DNA of 64,000 bases from a virus. Each line of letters starts with the position of its first letter. The stretch's first letter is position 1. The notes below the pieces were generated by a model, which ran no database searches, had not been told where the DNA came from, and saw only the letters and a list, made by a program, of their open reading frames with translations. Made by a program: the position numbers and the translations under genes. Location of the stretch: IMG/VR virus record IMGVR_UViG_3300010883_000003, positions 32,001 through 96,000 of that record; one strand, 5' to 3'. This document shows, in pieces, positions 8,847-18,619 of this stretch.

Positions 8847-10156
8847 TGGCTACTAGATACACAAATAGCGGACAAAGAGGCCAGGAAAAAGTAGCATCTG
8901 GATACTCTAATGATCCAGCTACCGACTTCACTATGCCTTCCTGTACAATAGAAGATGTTGATAGAGGTGTATTTAATCTGTTTGATAAAGAGCTACCCTT
9001 ATACTACCGACGAAAAGATGCCCTTAAGAAAGTCCCTGTAATCTTTGCAACAGGTGAAAGATTCGCTATATTATCTAGAAACAGGCCTCTTAGAGATAAA
9101 GATGACGCTTTAATACTTCCTCTTATATCTGTTGTTAGAACAGGTATTGAGCAGGAAGACTCAAAAGGAAACACTCTTAATCAAGGCGCTCCTATTCTAG
9201 TTAAGGTAAAGCTGTCTGATGAAGATCCGATCTATCAGCGCTTGCAGAACAAATTAGGATTTAAGAACAGTGATACATCCGCGATCACAGCTGAAGAAAG
9301 CACCACCGAAGGTCTTGGTGGATCAACTACTCCCGGTAGGATAGCAACTAGAAGAGTAGCGCCAAGCATCTCGGTTTCTGCCAGAAATGGCACAGTATTA
9401 GATCCAAAGTTACAAAAAAATATATTTGAGTTTATAGAAATTCCGCCCGTTAAGCAATACACTGCAAGTTATGAAATAACTTTTTGGGCACAATATACAC
9501 AAGAAATGAACTCGATGTTGACTGTAATGATGAGTGGATATATAGAGAATAGAAGAAGGACGTATGTAATAGAAACAAAAGAAGGTTATCGATTTACTGC
9601 GTTTACAGACTCTGCGTTAACACCGCAAAATAATTTTGATGACTTTACAGATGCCGAAAGGTTAGTAAAATATAGTTTCACGATGTCTGTTGCTGCATGC
9701 GTAGTCGCTGCACAAGAACCCGGTATGCCTGTGCCATTTAGAAAAACTATATCTGCTCCTGAAATATCATTTGATACTTCGACTAGCCCTAGAGGAGGAC
9801 CTGCCGGCGGAAATCGCGGCGCGGTACTTTCTGGAGATCCATCAGCATATATTTTACAAGACTTACAGACTGACGCAGACGGTTACCCGACGTCTGCAAT
9901 TGCCTCAGATAAAAAAAGATTGACGACCGGATTTCCAGGAAAACCAGTTGCTTCAATAGGCGGTCAAAAATCTGATTTAGGCAATTCCGCTCCCACCGCT
10001 ATAATTACTGATATAGATCCTTTTACTGGTAAAAAGGAGAAGAGGTTTGTACTAATGTCCGTTTCAACTCCCAATAAAGGAGAGACCGTTTTTCGGTTTG
10101 GACTTAAATCACCCGAGGGAATTGAGATTGACTTGGGCAAATTACTTAAAGATTGA
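8846..10156 (+). CDS. tail terminator/sheath stabiliser (gp15-like)
   Basis: KVPVIFATGERF, LPLISVVRTGI, YEITFWAQYTQEMN motifs; lies just before the sheath genes. Confidence 0.6.
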   Translation: MATRYTNSGQRGQEKVASGYSNDPATDFTMPSCTIEDVDRGVFNLFDKELPLYYRRKDALKKVPVIFATGERFAILSRNRPLRDKDDALILPLISVVRTGIEQEDSKGNTLNQGAPILVKVKLSDEDPIYQRLQNKLGFKNSDTSAITAEESTTEGLGGSTTPGRIATRRVAPSISVSARNGTVLDPKLQKNIFEFIEIPPVKQYTASYEITFWAQYTQEMNSMLTVMMSGYIENRRRTYVIETKEGYRFTAFTDSALTPQNNFDDFTDAERLVKYSFTMSVAACVVAAQEPGMPVPFRKTISAPEISFDTSTSPRGGPAGGNRGAVLSGDPSAYILQDLQTDADGYPTSAIASDKKRLTTGFPGKPVASIGGQKSDLGNSAPTAIITDIDPFTGKKEKRFVLMSVSTPNKGETVFRFGLKSPEGIEIDLGKLLKD

Positions 10157-10231
10157 TTTCATGATAAAAGACATTTCGCTATTGCACGAAATAGTTATTT
10201 GTGATAGCTTAAGATCCAGGAGACCCGACTA

Positions 10232-13200
10232 ATGGCCGAACAAACTTTTAGATCACCCGGTTTTTTTGAACGTGAGATAGATGCATCTCAACGACAAACA
10301 GAAATTGTGGGTGTACCCGCAGGTATCGTAGGCACAGCTGAAAAAGGCCCTGCGTTTATTCCTGTCACAGTTGGCAGTACTGCCGACTTCATAAACAAAT
10401 TTGGTGAAGTAGATCCAGAGAGATTTGGACCTTATGCTGTAGAAGCATTCTTAGCAAATAGAACATCTATGACTTACGTCAGGGTTCTAGGAGCAGGCGC
10501 TAACCAAACAACAACAGATATTAGTAGCACAAATAGTAAAGGAACAGTCAAGAACGCTGGAGTTAAAGTTGTACCATCTACAACTATTGCTTCATCTGGC
10601 TCTGATCATACTGTGCAATTCATCACTGCACGACATTATGTTTCTTCGTCTACAGACTACTCTTATCCAATATTCGCTGATAATCCATCTTTCAGCATGA
10701 CTGCAACTGATGAACGATCAGCAGACCGCGCCGACCTTGTCCGTGCTGTACTGTTGACTTCGACAGGTAGTAGAATGCAGATTCTGAATATCGGTGAAAC
10801 GTGGAGTAACCACCTCGACCAATGCGCGAAGCTGAACACCTCTGATGGTGTATTTGCTCTCGCAATATCATCTTCAGACGGAGCTAGTTTTACTAGCAAG
10901 TTCAAGGATGTTGCTGGCGATGGTGTTAAAATCGTAACTGCTTCGCTAAACCCAACTCATCAATCATATATTGCTAATGTGTTGAATACAGATCCTTTAC
11001 GATTTACAGAAGAAAGACATCTTCTCTATCTCGACTTCGCGGTTGAGAGTGAAATTGCTTCTGTAGATTATCTTAGCACTTTCGGTGTATCCTTATTATC
11101 TGGATCAGGAGCAACGGTTAATACTACACTTTCTGGTGAAGATACTAAAGCGTTATCTGCTTTCGGTAGGTTTGACACAAGATATACTACCCCGCGTAGT
11201 CCACATATCATATCTCAACCGTACGGTAGCAAAGAGCATAACTTGTTCTACTTCGAGACTTTGTCTGATGGAGCCTGGGGCAACGACAAAGTTAAGATGA
11301 CTATTGCTAATATCAAGGCATCTACAAATGGAAACTATCCATATCCAAGCTTTGAAGTTCAAGTACGTAGATTTAACGACTCTGATTTAGATCAACAAGT
11401 CCTAGAATCTTACCCTGGATGTGTTCTTGATCCTGACTCGTCAAGCTTCGTTGGTAAAAAGATCGGTGATTATAAGGCACGTTACAACTTCGATGCTACA
11501 AACGCTAGTGAGAAGAGAATTATAGTTACGGGACGTTATCCAAACATCTCTAACTTTATACGCTTAGTAATAAGTGATGAAGTATATAATAAGACTCTGC
11601 CTGCGGATGTTTGTCCATTCGGTTTCCGTGGTGTTCCAGTACTTAAGACTGCTGATTCAATGACAGATGATGCGAAAAGAGCGTTAAAAGTCGACAGTAT
11701 CAGTTACGGAACTGTGAGTGCAACACCTCGATTATGGGGCGAAGCCGCTGACCATGCCGGCGTAATTCGCGCATTAACCGGCTCGATAATTCCACCTTTG
11801 CCACTTCGTTATAAGATTACTCGTGGACAAGCCACAGACGGCTGGTTTTCAGGTCATCCTGGTGAGAATGAGTTAGTAGACAGACGCTTAAACTGGGGCG
11901 TAAAATATGAAAGAGCTCCAGAAACAGGAAGTCTTGCTAACGCAAATAGAGATGTTAACGCTTCTAGCGTTGCGAATCCTATAATAGAAGCCTATGCGAA
12001 GTTTCAAGGTATATCGAAAGTTGGTACTTTATTAACTGGTTCTGGTGCTGATGTTTACTGTGCTAATAAGTTCACCCTTTCAAGGGTTGCTCTTGCAGGT
12101 ACTGGCTCAGCCGCTACTGGTAATACTTTACAGCATCTTACTGCTTCTGCACAAGAACACATGCTGGAAGCTGCATATCTACGAAACGTAACACCAGATT
12201 CTAAAGACTACACCCTGATGGATCCAGATGAAGTTGGTTACGGCCGAGTAAGTCTTGGTACACTCATACAGTCTTCATCGGTCAAGTTCAACAGGTTTAC
12301 TGCTTATACTGCATTCAACATTCCTGTATACGGAGGCTGGGACGGTACGAACATATTAGATAAAGATATGTTCTATATGAATGACAGGGCTTCTTCAACC
12401 GATGATACATCATCTGTTAACGGCTTAGTTGGTAAGGCTGCATCTTCATTCGATGCAAGAACGATTGGTCTAAAGACTAATCCCGCCGGCGAAGGAAGAC
12501 AAAATAACAACATCTCGTCATATCGGGAAGCTGCCACAATCATAACTGACCCAATGGCAACTTCAATTAATATCCTTGCGATTCCCGGTATCAGAGATTC
12601 ATTCGTAACAGATCACGCTGCAGAAAAAACGAAAGATTATTCTATGGCAATCTATCTAATGGATGTAGCATCATACTCCGAGTCTAACACAAGACTATTC
12701 TTGACAGAAGACAGAAGTAAGGTTGTTAGTGCTTCAACAGCATTCCCTGACGTCCGAGAGACAACAGAGCAATTTGAGTCTAGAGTGTTTGATAATAACT
12801 ACACCGCGACTTACTTCCCTGATGTTTATATAACTGATAGTAAGCTTGGCTCTAAAGTCAGAGTTCCGGCATCTGTGGCAGCGATTAGCGCGCTGGCATA
12901 TAACGATTCCGTAGCGTACCCTTGGTTCGCACCTGCTGGCTTTAATCGCGGCGGATTGGATGTTGTTAGTAATACAGATGTCCGCCTCACAGCGGGTGAC
13001 AGAGATACCCTATACGATGCACGTATTAATCCAATAGCAAACTTTGCTGATGGTAGCTTTGTAATATTTGGACAGAAAACTTGTCAACTTGCTCAATCGG
13101 CGCTTGATAGAGTTAATGTAAGAAGAATGTTACTTGAACTTAAGAGACAAGTCGTGTCGGTGGCTGATAGGCTTTTATTCGAACCGAACAATAACTCAAC

Positions 13201-13420
13201 TAGAGCACGCTTCGTTAACTCGGTTACCCCGCTGCTATCGACGATACAGTCACAGCAAGGTATAGAGTCTTTCAAAGTTGTTATGGATGACACGAATAAT
13301 GGTGTCGAAGATGTTGAGAATAACAGACTAAATGGTAGGATAGTCGTCGTACCAACAAGAGCTATCGAGTTTATTGCGATAGATTTTGTAATAACTAATA
13401 GCGGCGTAGACTTCCAGTAG
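10232..13420 (+). CDS. tail sheath protein 1 (gp18-like)
   Basis: SPGFFEREID, GTAEKGPAFIP, PWFAPAGFNRG, LYDARINPI, FGQKT, SALDRVNVRR, IEFIAIDF. Confidence 0.93.
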   Translation: MAEQTFRSPGFFEREIDASQRQTEIVGVPAGIVGTAEKGPAFIPVTVGSTADFINKFGEVDPERFGPYAVEAFLANRTSMTYVRVLGAGANQTTTDISSTNSKGTVKNAGVKVVPSTTIASSGSDHTVQFITARHYVSSSTDYSYPIFADNPSFSMTATDERSADRADLVRAVLLTSTGSRMQILNIGETWSNHLDQCAKLNTSDGVFALAISSSDGASFTSKFKDVAGDGVKIVTASLNPTHQSYIANVLNTDPLRFTEERHLLYLDFAVESEIASVDYLSTFGVSLLSGSGATVNTTLSGEDTKALSAFGRFDTRYTTPRSPHIISQPYGSKEHNLFYFETLSDGAWGNDKVKMTIANIKASTNGNYPYPSFEVQVRRFNDSDLDQQVLESYPGCVLDPDSSSFVGKKIGDYKARYNFDATNASEKRIIVTGRYPNISNFIRLVISDEVYNKTLPADVCPFGFRGVPVLKTADSMTDDAKRALKVDSISYGTVSATPRLWGEAADHAGVIRALTGSIIPPLPLRYKITRGQATDGWFSGHPGENELVDRRLNWGVKYERAPETGSLANANRDVNASSVANPIIEAYAKFQGISKVGTLLTGSGADVYCANKFTLSRVALAGTGSAATGNTLQHLTASAQEHMLEAAYLRNVTPDSKDYTLMDPDEVGYGRVSLGTLIQSSSVKFNRFTAYTAFNIPVYGGWDGTNILDKDMFYMNDRASSTDDTSSVNGLVGKAASSFDARTIGLKTNPAGEGRQNNNISSYREAATIITDPMATSINILAIPGIRDSFVTDHAAEKTKDYSMAIYLMDVASYSESNTRLFLTEDRSKVVSASTAFPDVRETTEQFESRVFDNNYTATYFPDVYITDSKLGSKVRVPASVAAISALAYNDSVAYPWFAPAGFNRGGLDVVSNTDVRLTAGDRDTLYDARINPIANFADGSFVIFGQKTCQLAQSALDRVNVRRMLLELKRQVVSVADRLLFEPNNNSTRARFVNSVTPLLSTIQSQQGIESFKVVMDDTNNGVEDVENNRLNGRIVVVPTRAIEFIAIDFVITNSGVDFQ

Positions 13421-13454
13421 TATAGTTAAGAAATGAAACAGGAGATAATCACAA

Positions 13455-16400
13455 ATGGCTGAACTTACCTTTAAGAGTCCCGGCGTATCGACACGAGAGA
13501 TCGATCTATCTGGACCAACACAGTCTGGACCAAGCGGTATTCCCGCTGGTGTAATTGGAACCGCAAAACAAGGTAGAGCTTTCGTTCCGATCACAATGGC
13601 TACATTCGCTGACTTCATAGCAGAGTTTGGAGATGTTGAGACTAATCTTTTTGGACCACTCGCAATGCGCCAGTGGTTAGGCTATGCCAATTCTGGAACG
13701 TACGTACGTACACTAGGGATTGGTGATGGTAAAAAGAGATCAACTACTGGCGTTGTAACGAACGCTGGCTTTACAGCGGGATCGCAGACTGTACAAGCAA
13801 ATGGAGTAGTTGGCGCGAACACATACGCTGGTATTACAACCACAAATGCTGGAGCGCTTGGTAGAACACACTTCCTTGCTGTGATTATGTCACAGTCAAA
13901 TGGGTCAAACGTATTCTCTAACGCGGGCTTAGACCCAGTAATACCAATATTAAGAGGTGTCCTATTAGCACCTTCTGGTGTTAATCTTGCTCTTAGCTCT
14001 TCAAGAGCAGCTGTGACCAATAACCTTCCATTAGGCGGACCATCAAAGTCTAACTTTGCTGCTGCTTTTGAATTTGGTACTGCTGCAACGAAAGATGCAG
14101 GGTCAACGCTCGGTGCTGTAAATATCGCCGCCGGTCGGCAAGAGTTTGTTATGTTACAAAACGGACATTCTCACACCGACTCATATCCAACTATAGTCAC
14201 TGCATCTTTCGATCCAGTTGCCCCTAACTACTTCGCGAACGTATTTAATACAGATCCAACGAAAACTGAGCAGGCTGGACACTGTCTATACACTCACTTT
14301 GATGTTACTACCGGCATAGCCGCCGTCACAGGTTCTACGAAAATGGCTGCGGCCTACGCTGCCTCGTTTGATGGTGTAAAAGAAGGCACTGCTCTAAAGA
14401 TGGAGGATATTGCGTTCTTAACTACAGGTTCTCTGGCTAGAGCGACAGGAAATACAACGAAGCCTGATTTTGAGAGCTTTACAGACAGATTTAGAACAGC
14501 TAAGTTTCCTACAATAATATCACAAGAGTTTGGTGGACAAAATAAAGACTTGTTTACGATGCATTGCTTGGATGACGGTGCTGTAGGAAGCTCTAGGGTA
14601 AAAGTCTCTATAGAGAATATTATAAAGTCTAATAACACGAATAACAAATACGGAACATTCGATATGTTAGTTCGTGACTTTAACGACACAGACGCTGAGC
14701 CTCTTGTCTTAGAGAGGTTTGTTAAGTTAAGTCTGGATCCAAATAGCGAGAGATACATCACTAGAGTCATTGGCGACTATAACATTTTCTATGATTTTGA
14801 CAAAAGAGTTGGTGGCCAGAAGTTAGTCGTAGAAGGTAGCTATCCCAACGCATCAAACTATGTGAGAGTAAGTCCTTCAACCGAAATGGAACGCGGAAAT
14901 ATTCCAGCAACTTCCTTACCGGTAGGGTTCAGAGGTATTCCACATATAGTGTCATCTGGATCTGCAATCTTTGGAGGACCTGAGCCGGGGACGTTAGTTG
15001 CACTAAAAGCTGACGTTCATGCTCAAATGGTCCAGCCTCCAATCCCAATGCGTCAAACAGTTGCTCAGGGACAATCACCTCGTAAGAGAATCAATACCTC
15101 ACTTTACTGGGGTATCCAAGCTGAAAAACGCTTATCTGTTGCAGAGCCAAATTCTTCTACTGTCGTTGATCCATCTATATCGTCATACGGCGCGTACTTT
15201 CCAAACTATAGATTAGACCAACAAGCAGTTATGGCCGACTCCTCATTTGGAGTTGCTGACGTTACTGGAACAATTTTAGATTGTGATAGATTTAATAACA
15301 ATAAATTCTCTCTTGAGAAGATCCAAGTTATTACAACATCAGCTGACAAAGCCGACGCCGCCCAATGGGCAGCAGCAACATATCGTAGAGACGGTTCAAG
15401 CACCGCTACGTTAACAGATATAGATGGTACTTCATCTTCTTCTACTAGACTGTTAAATGTCTCTAAAGACTTTGGTCTTTCAACAGCTAGGCCATTCCTT
15501 AAATTTACTATGACAGCCCAAGGAGGGTTCGACGGTCTGGATATCTTTAACGATGCCAGAACAAAGATGAAATCTGAAGCTGTTCGTAGAGAAATGACAT
15601 ATACAGATCAAGGTCTAACCGCCGGTCCAACAGTTGCAGCGTACAGAAAGGCTCTTGATGTCATGTCCGAAAGATCAGACGTAGACATTCAGCTATTAGC
15701 TATACCTGGTATTAGACACAGCGGTGTAACAGATTATGCTATTACAACAGTTGAAGAAAGATTCGATGCTTTATATATCATGGATCTTGAAGTAAAAGAT
15801 ACACTAGGCAACATCGTTTCAGGATCTGATCAAGAAGTAAGTGTTACCAATACAGCAGCCGATTTTAATTCTAGAAATCTAGATTCCAGCTTCGCAGCAG
15901 CGTATTTTCCAGATGTGGTAATGATTGACCCATCATCGGGAGCCGCTTCTTCTGCGCCTCCTAGTGTTGCCGTAATCGGTGCCTTTGGGCTTAACGACTC
16001 TGTAGCGTTCCCGTGGTACGCACCAGCTGGGTTTACTAGGGGTGCATTAAAGAATGTTACCGAGACACAGGTCAAGTTAAACAGAAGCAATCTGGACACA
16101 CTATATGAAGCTGATATTAACCCCATCACATCATTCCCACAGTCAAAAGAAGTTGTGGTGTTTGGACAAAAGACACTTCTCGCAGCACAATCTGCTCTAG
16201 ATAGAGTGAATGTACGTCGACTTCTCATCGACATTCGTAGACAGGTAAGAAAGATTGGTGATACATTCTTATTCGAGCCAAACAGAGAGTCCACCCTAGC
16301 AAGATTCTCTGCTGCTGTCACCCCTGTATTAACAAGAATTCAAGCCCAACAAGGTCTCGAAAGATTCAAGGTACAGATTGACACAACAACAACGACACAG

Positions 16401-16511
16401 GCCGATGTTGAGAACAACACTGTTAGAGGTAAAGTCTTCTTACAGCCAGTTCGGTCTGTTGAGTTTATATCACTTGATTTTGTGGTAACAAACGCTGGAT
16501 TGGACATATAG
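13455..16511 (+). CDS. tail sheath protein 2 (gp18-like)
   Basis: SPGVSTREID, PWYAPAGFTRG, LYEADINPI, FGQKT, SALDRVNVRR, VEFISLDF. Confidence 0.93.
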   Translation: MAELTFKSPGVSTREIDLSGPTQSGPSGIPAGVIGTAKQGRAFVPITMATFADFIAEFGDVETNLFGPLAMRQWLGYANSGTYVRTLGIGDGKKRSTTGVVTNAGFTAGSQTVQANGVVGANTYAGITTTNAGALGRTHFLAVIMSQSNGSNVFSNAGLDPVIPILRGVLLAPSGVNLALSSSRAAVTNNLPLGGPSKSNFAAAFEFGTAATKDAGSTLGAVNIAAGRQEFVMLQNGHSHTDSYPTIVTASFDPVAPNYFANVFNTDPTKTEQAGHCLYTHFDVTTGIAAVTGSTKMAAAYAASFDGVKEGTALKMEDIAFLTTGSLARATGNTTKPDFESFTDRFRTAKFPTIISQEFGGQNKDLFTMHCLDDGAVGSSRVKVSIENIIKSNNTNNKYGTFDMLVRDFNDTDAEPLVLERFVKLSLDPNSERYITRVIGDYNIFYDFDKRVGGQKLVVEGSYPNASNYVRVSPSTEMERGNIPATSLPVGFRGIPHIVSSGSAIFGGPEPGTLVALKADVHAQMVQPPIPMRQTVAQGQSPRKRINTSLYWGIQAEKRLSVAEPNSSTVVDPSISSYGAYFPNYRLDQQAVMADSSFGVADVTGTILDCDRFNNNKFSLEKIQVITTSADKADAAQWAAATYRRDGSSTATLTDIDGTSSSSTRLLNVSKDFGLSTARPFLKFTMTAQGGFDGLDIFNDARTKMKSEAVRREMTYTDQGLTAGPTVAAYRKALDVMSERSDVDIQLLAIPGIRHSGVTDYAITTVEERFDALYIMDLEVKDTLGNIVSGSDQEVSVTNTAADFNSRNLDSSFAAAYFPDVVMIDPSSGAASSAPPSVAVIGAFGLNDSVAFPWYAPAGFTRGALKNVTETQVKLNRSNLDTLYEADINPITSFPQSKEVVVFGQKTLLAAQSALDRVNVRRLLIDIRRQVRKIGDTFLFEPNRESTLARFSAAVTPVLTRIQAQQGLERFKVQIDTTTTTQADVENNTVRGKVFLQPVRSVEFISLDFVVTNAGLDI

Positions 16512-16552
16512 TCCGTGAACGATATAGTTAGATTTAACAAGGAGTAACGAAA

Positions 16553-17041
16553 ATGCCAGAAACACTATCAGTTACCGACATGCTGCCGAATAAGTTCGAG
16601 CCGAAAAGAAAATTTCGGTGGGTTTTCGCTATCGAAGGAATTGACGCTTTCTTAATTAAGACCGCTGCACGTCCGGTTATGAATACCGCCGAGATTGAAA
16701 TTCCATTTATGAACTCAACTCGGTATATTGCCGGTAAAACGAAATTTGATGCAATTTCGGTTACCTTACACGATCCAATTGCTCCCTCGGGCGCTCAACA
16801 GGTTATGGAGTGGGTACGAACTCATTACGAATCTGTTTCTGGTCGTGGTGGTTATGCCGATTTTTATAAGAGAGATTGCCAGCTCAAGATGCTTGACCCA
16901 GTGGGTACGGTTGTAGAGCTATGGGATATGAAAGGGTGTTTCTTAACATCTGCCGGATTCGGTGATCTAGATTATGGTTCGGAAGATCCAGCAGAGATTG
17001 CGTTGACGATTAGATTTGATAATTGCGTTTTGCAATACTGA
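16553..17041 (+). CDS. tail tube protein (gp19-like)
   Basis: FEPKRKFRW, YIAGK, LHDPIAPSGAQQVMEW, LDPVGTVVELW, FGDLDY...LTIRFD; follows the sheath genes. Confidence 0.9.
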   Translation: MPETLSVTDMLPNKFEPKRKFRWVFAIEGIDAFLIKTAARPVMNTAEIEIPFMNSTRYIAGKTKFDAISVTLHDPIAPSGAQQVMEWVRTHYESVSGRGGYADFYKRDCQLKMLDPVGTVVELWDMKGCFLTSAGFGDLDYGSEDPAEIALTIRFDNCVLQY

Positions 17042-17079
17042 TCTTACAAGTAAATAAGCTTTAAGTCTATCTACTTAAG

Positions 17080-17106
17080 AAGTCCTCCTTTACGGAGGAC
17101 TTTTTT
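17080..17106 (+). terminator. Rho-independent terminator after tail tube
   Basis: aagtcctcc-tttac-ggaggactt followed by a T-run. Confidence 0.85.
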
Positions 17107-17194
17107 GCTTTAAACTATTTATAACCGTATACACGGCGTATTATTTTTTTTAAGATAGTAATAATCGTGTTATTAAATAAATGGAGAGCACTAA

Positions 17195-18043
17195 ATGTCA
17201 ACTGATACCCCGACTAATGAAAGAAGTGATATATTTGGTTCAATGAGAGACCAAATTCCCACTCGTAACGTAATCAAGGATGATTTTGGTTTCGAGATTC
17301 CTGTTGAAACCGTGCCGCTGCCTTCTGGCGGAAAGTGTTACGATGAAGAACATCCTCTTCATAATAAAGACACGGTCGAAATCCGAGCCATGACAGCTAG
17401 AGAAGAAGACATCTTAACATCGAAAGCGCTGATTAAAAAAGGTACGGTCATTAGCCACCTTATAAAGTCTTGTATGATCGATAAACGTGTTGATCCTGAC
17501 TCTTTACTTGCTGGTGATAGAAATGCGCTGATGATTGCACTACGTGTTACAGGTTACGGCGCTGAGTATAAAGTGGAGATAGATTGTCCCGCATGTAGTG
17601 AGAGATCGAAGCATTCATTTAATCTTGGTGAGCTACCTGTTAAAAGACTAGACATTGACCCTGTGGTTATGGGTTCAAACGTTTTTGAGACAGATCTCCC
17701 AACAACGAAGGCTAAAGTTAGATTCAAGCTATTAACAGGTAAAGACGAACAAGAAATTATGGTCGCCGGAGAGCGGCGTAAGAAGCAAGGTCAACGCTCT
17801 GATAACCTCATTACACAGCGTCTTAAGTACTCGTTAGTTTCGGCAAACGGTATTTCTGATAAGACTAAGCTTGATATGATGGCCAGTAATCTCCCAGCAA
17901 GAGACTCTTTATACCTCCGGAAGTATATCGATAAGCACGAACCCGGTATAGAAATGTCTTCATGGATGGACTGTCCTTCATGTCTTGAACATTCGGAGGT
18001 ACGGCTCCCACTGGGTGCCGCGTTTTTTTGGCCTGACGAGTGA
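17195..18043 (+). CDS. baseplate hub/tail assembly chaperone (T4 gp26-like)
   Basis: LPSGG.CY, MTAREEDILT, GDRNALMIALR..GYG, two CxxC pairs (CPAC, CPSC), ends FFWP; lies between tube and TMP. Confidence 0.8.
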   Translation: MSTDTPTNERSDIFGSMRDQIPTRNVIKDDFGFEIPVETVPLPSGGKCYDEEHPLHNKDTVEIRAMTAREEDILTSKALIKKGTVISHLIKSCMIDKRVDPDSLLAGDRNALMIALRVTGYGAEYKVEIDCPACSERSKHSFNLGELPVKRLDIDPVVMGSNVFETDLPTTKAKVRFKLLTGKDEQEIMVAGERRKKQGQRSDNLITQRLKYSLVSANGISDKTKLDMMASNLPARDSLYLRKYIDKHEPGIEMSSWMDCPSCLEHSEVRLPLGAAFFWPDE

Positions 18044-18284
18044 GTCTAAAGAGGTCTATCTAGACCAAATATTTTTATTGATGTATTATATGGGTTTCAC
18101 TTTTGTGGAAGGATATAACATACCAATATGGATAAGATACTGGTTCATCAAGAGATTGAACAAAGAGCTTAAGGGCGCAAAAGACCAAGGCTCAAGGGCA
18201 GCCCACCAAAACGACGCCGAAACTAGGGCGATGATGGGCCGACATAGAGCACAGACTCCGTCAAAACTGCGTAGATTCACATAG
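18021..18284 (+). CDS. gp51-like/TAC C-terminal extension, probably made by frameshift from the upstream gene
   Basis: Overlaps the 3' end of the gp26-like gene at a T7 run; IFLLMYYMGFTFVEGYNIPIWIRYWFIKRL resembles gp51/TAC-C; no obvious SD and start of its own at the 5' end. Confidence 0.65.
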   Translation, partial: RFFGLTSESKEVYLDQIFLLMYYMGFTFVEGYNIPIWIRYWFIKRLNKELKGAKDQGSRAAHQNDAETRAMMGRHRAQTPSKLRRFT

Positions 18285-18305
18285 TTATGATTAGAGGTAT
18301 ATATT

Positions 18306-18548
18306 ATGAATGTTAATAAGCAATTTCTAAAAGAGTGTGCGCTGTATATTAGAGGCGAAGTGCCTGAAATAAAGATTAGAGGAAACTCTAAGATCATATC
18401 TTTATTTGCGAATACGTTATCTGAGTCAAGAAGACTTTACCTCGCGCTGCAATCTGGCGAATTGAGCAAGACACTACCATTGCTAGAGAACAAGAGGGCC
18501 GCATCTAAACTTCTCCGAGAGAAGACGGGTTATGTTTGGCCTCTGTGA
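18306..18548 (+). CDS. hypothetical protein
   Basis: 80 aa ORF with GAGG SD and upstream ATAGTTA motif. Confidence 0.65.
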   Translation: MNVNKQFLKECALYIRGEVPEIKIRGNSKIISLFANTLSESRRLYLALQSGELSKTLPLLENKRAASKLLREKTGYVWPL

Positions 18549-18619
18549 TTAAATAAGTGGCGTAGTTTCTCGTTTGCCATATTTATTGTTGAATGACTTT
18601 TTAGCGGGAAACGAGCTGC

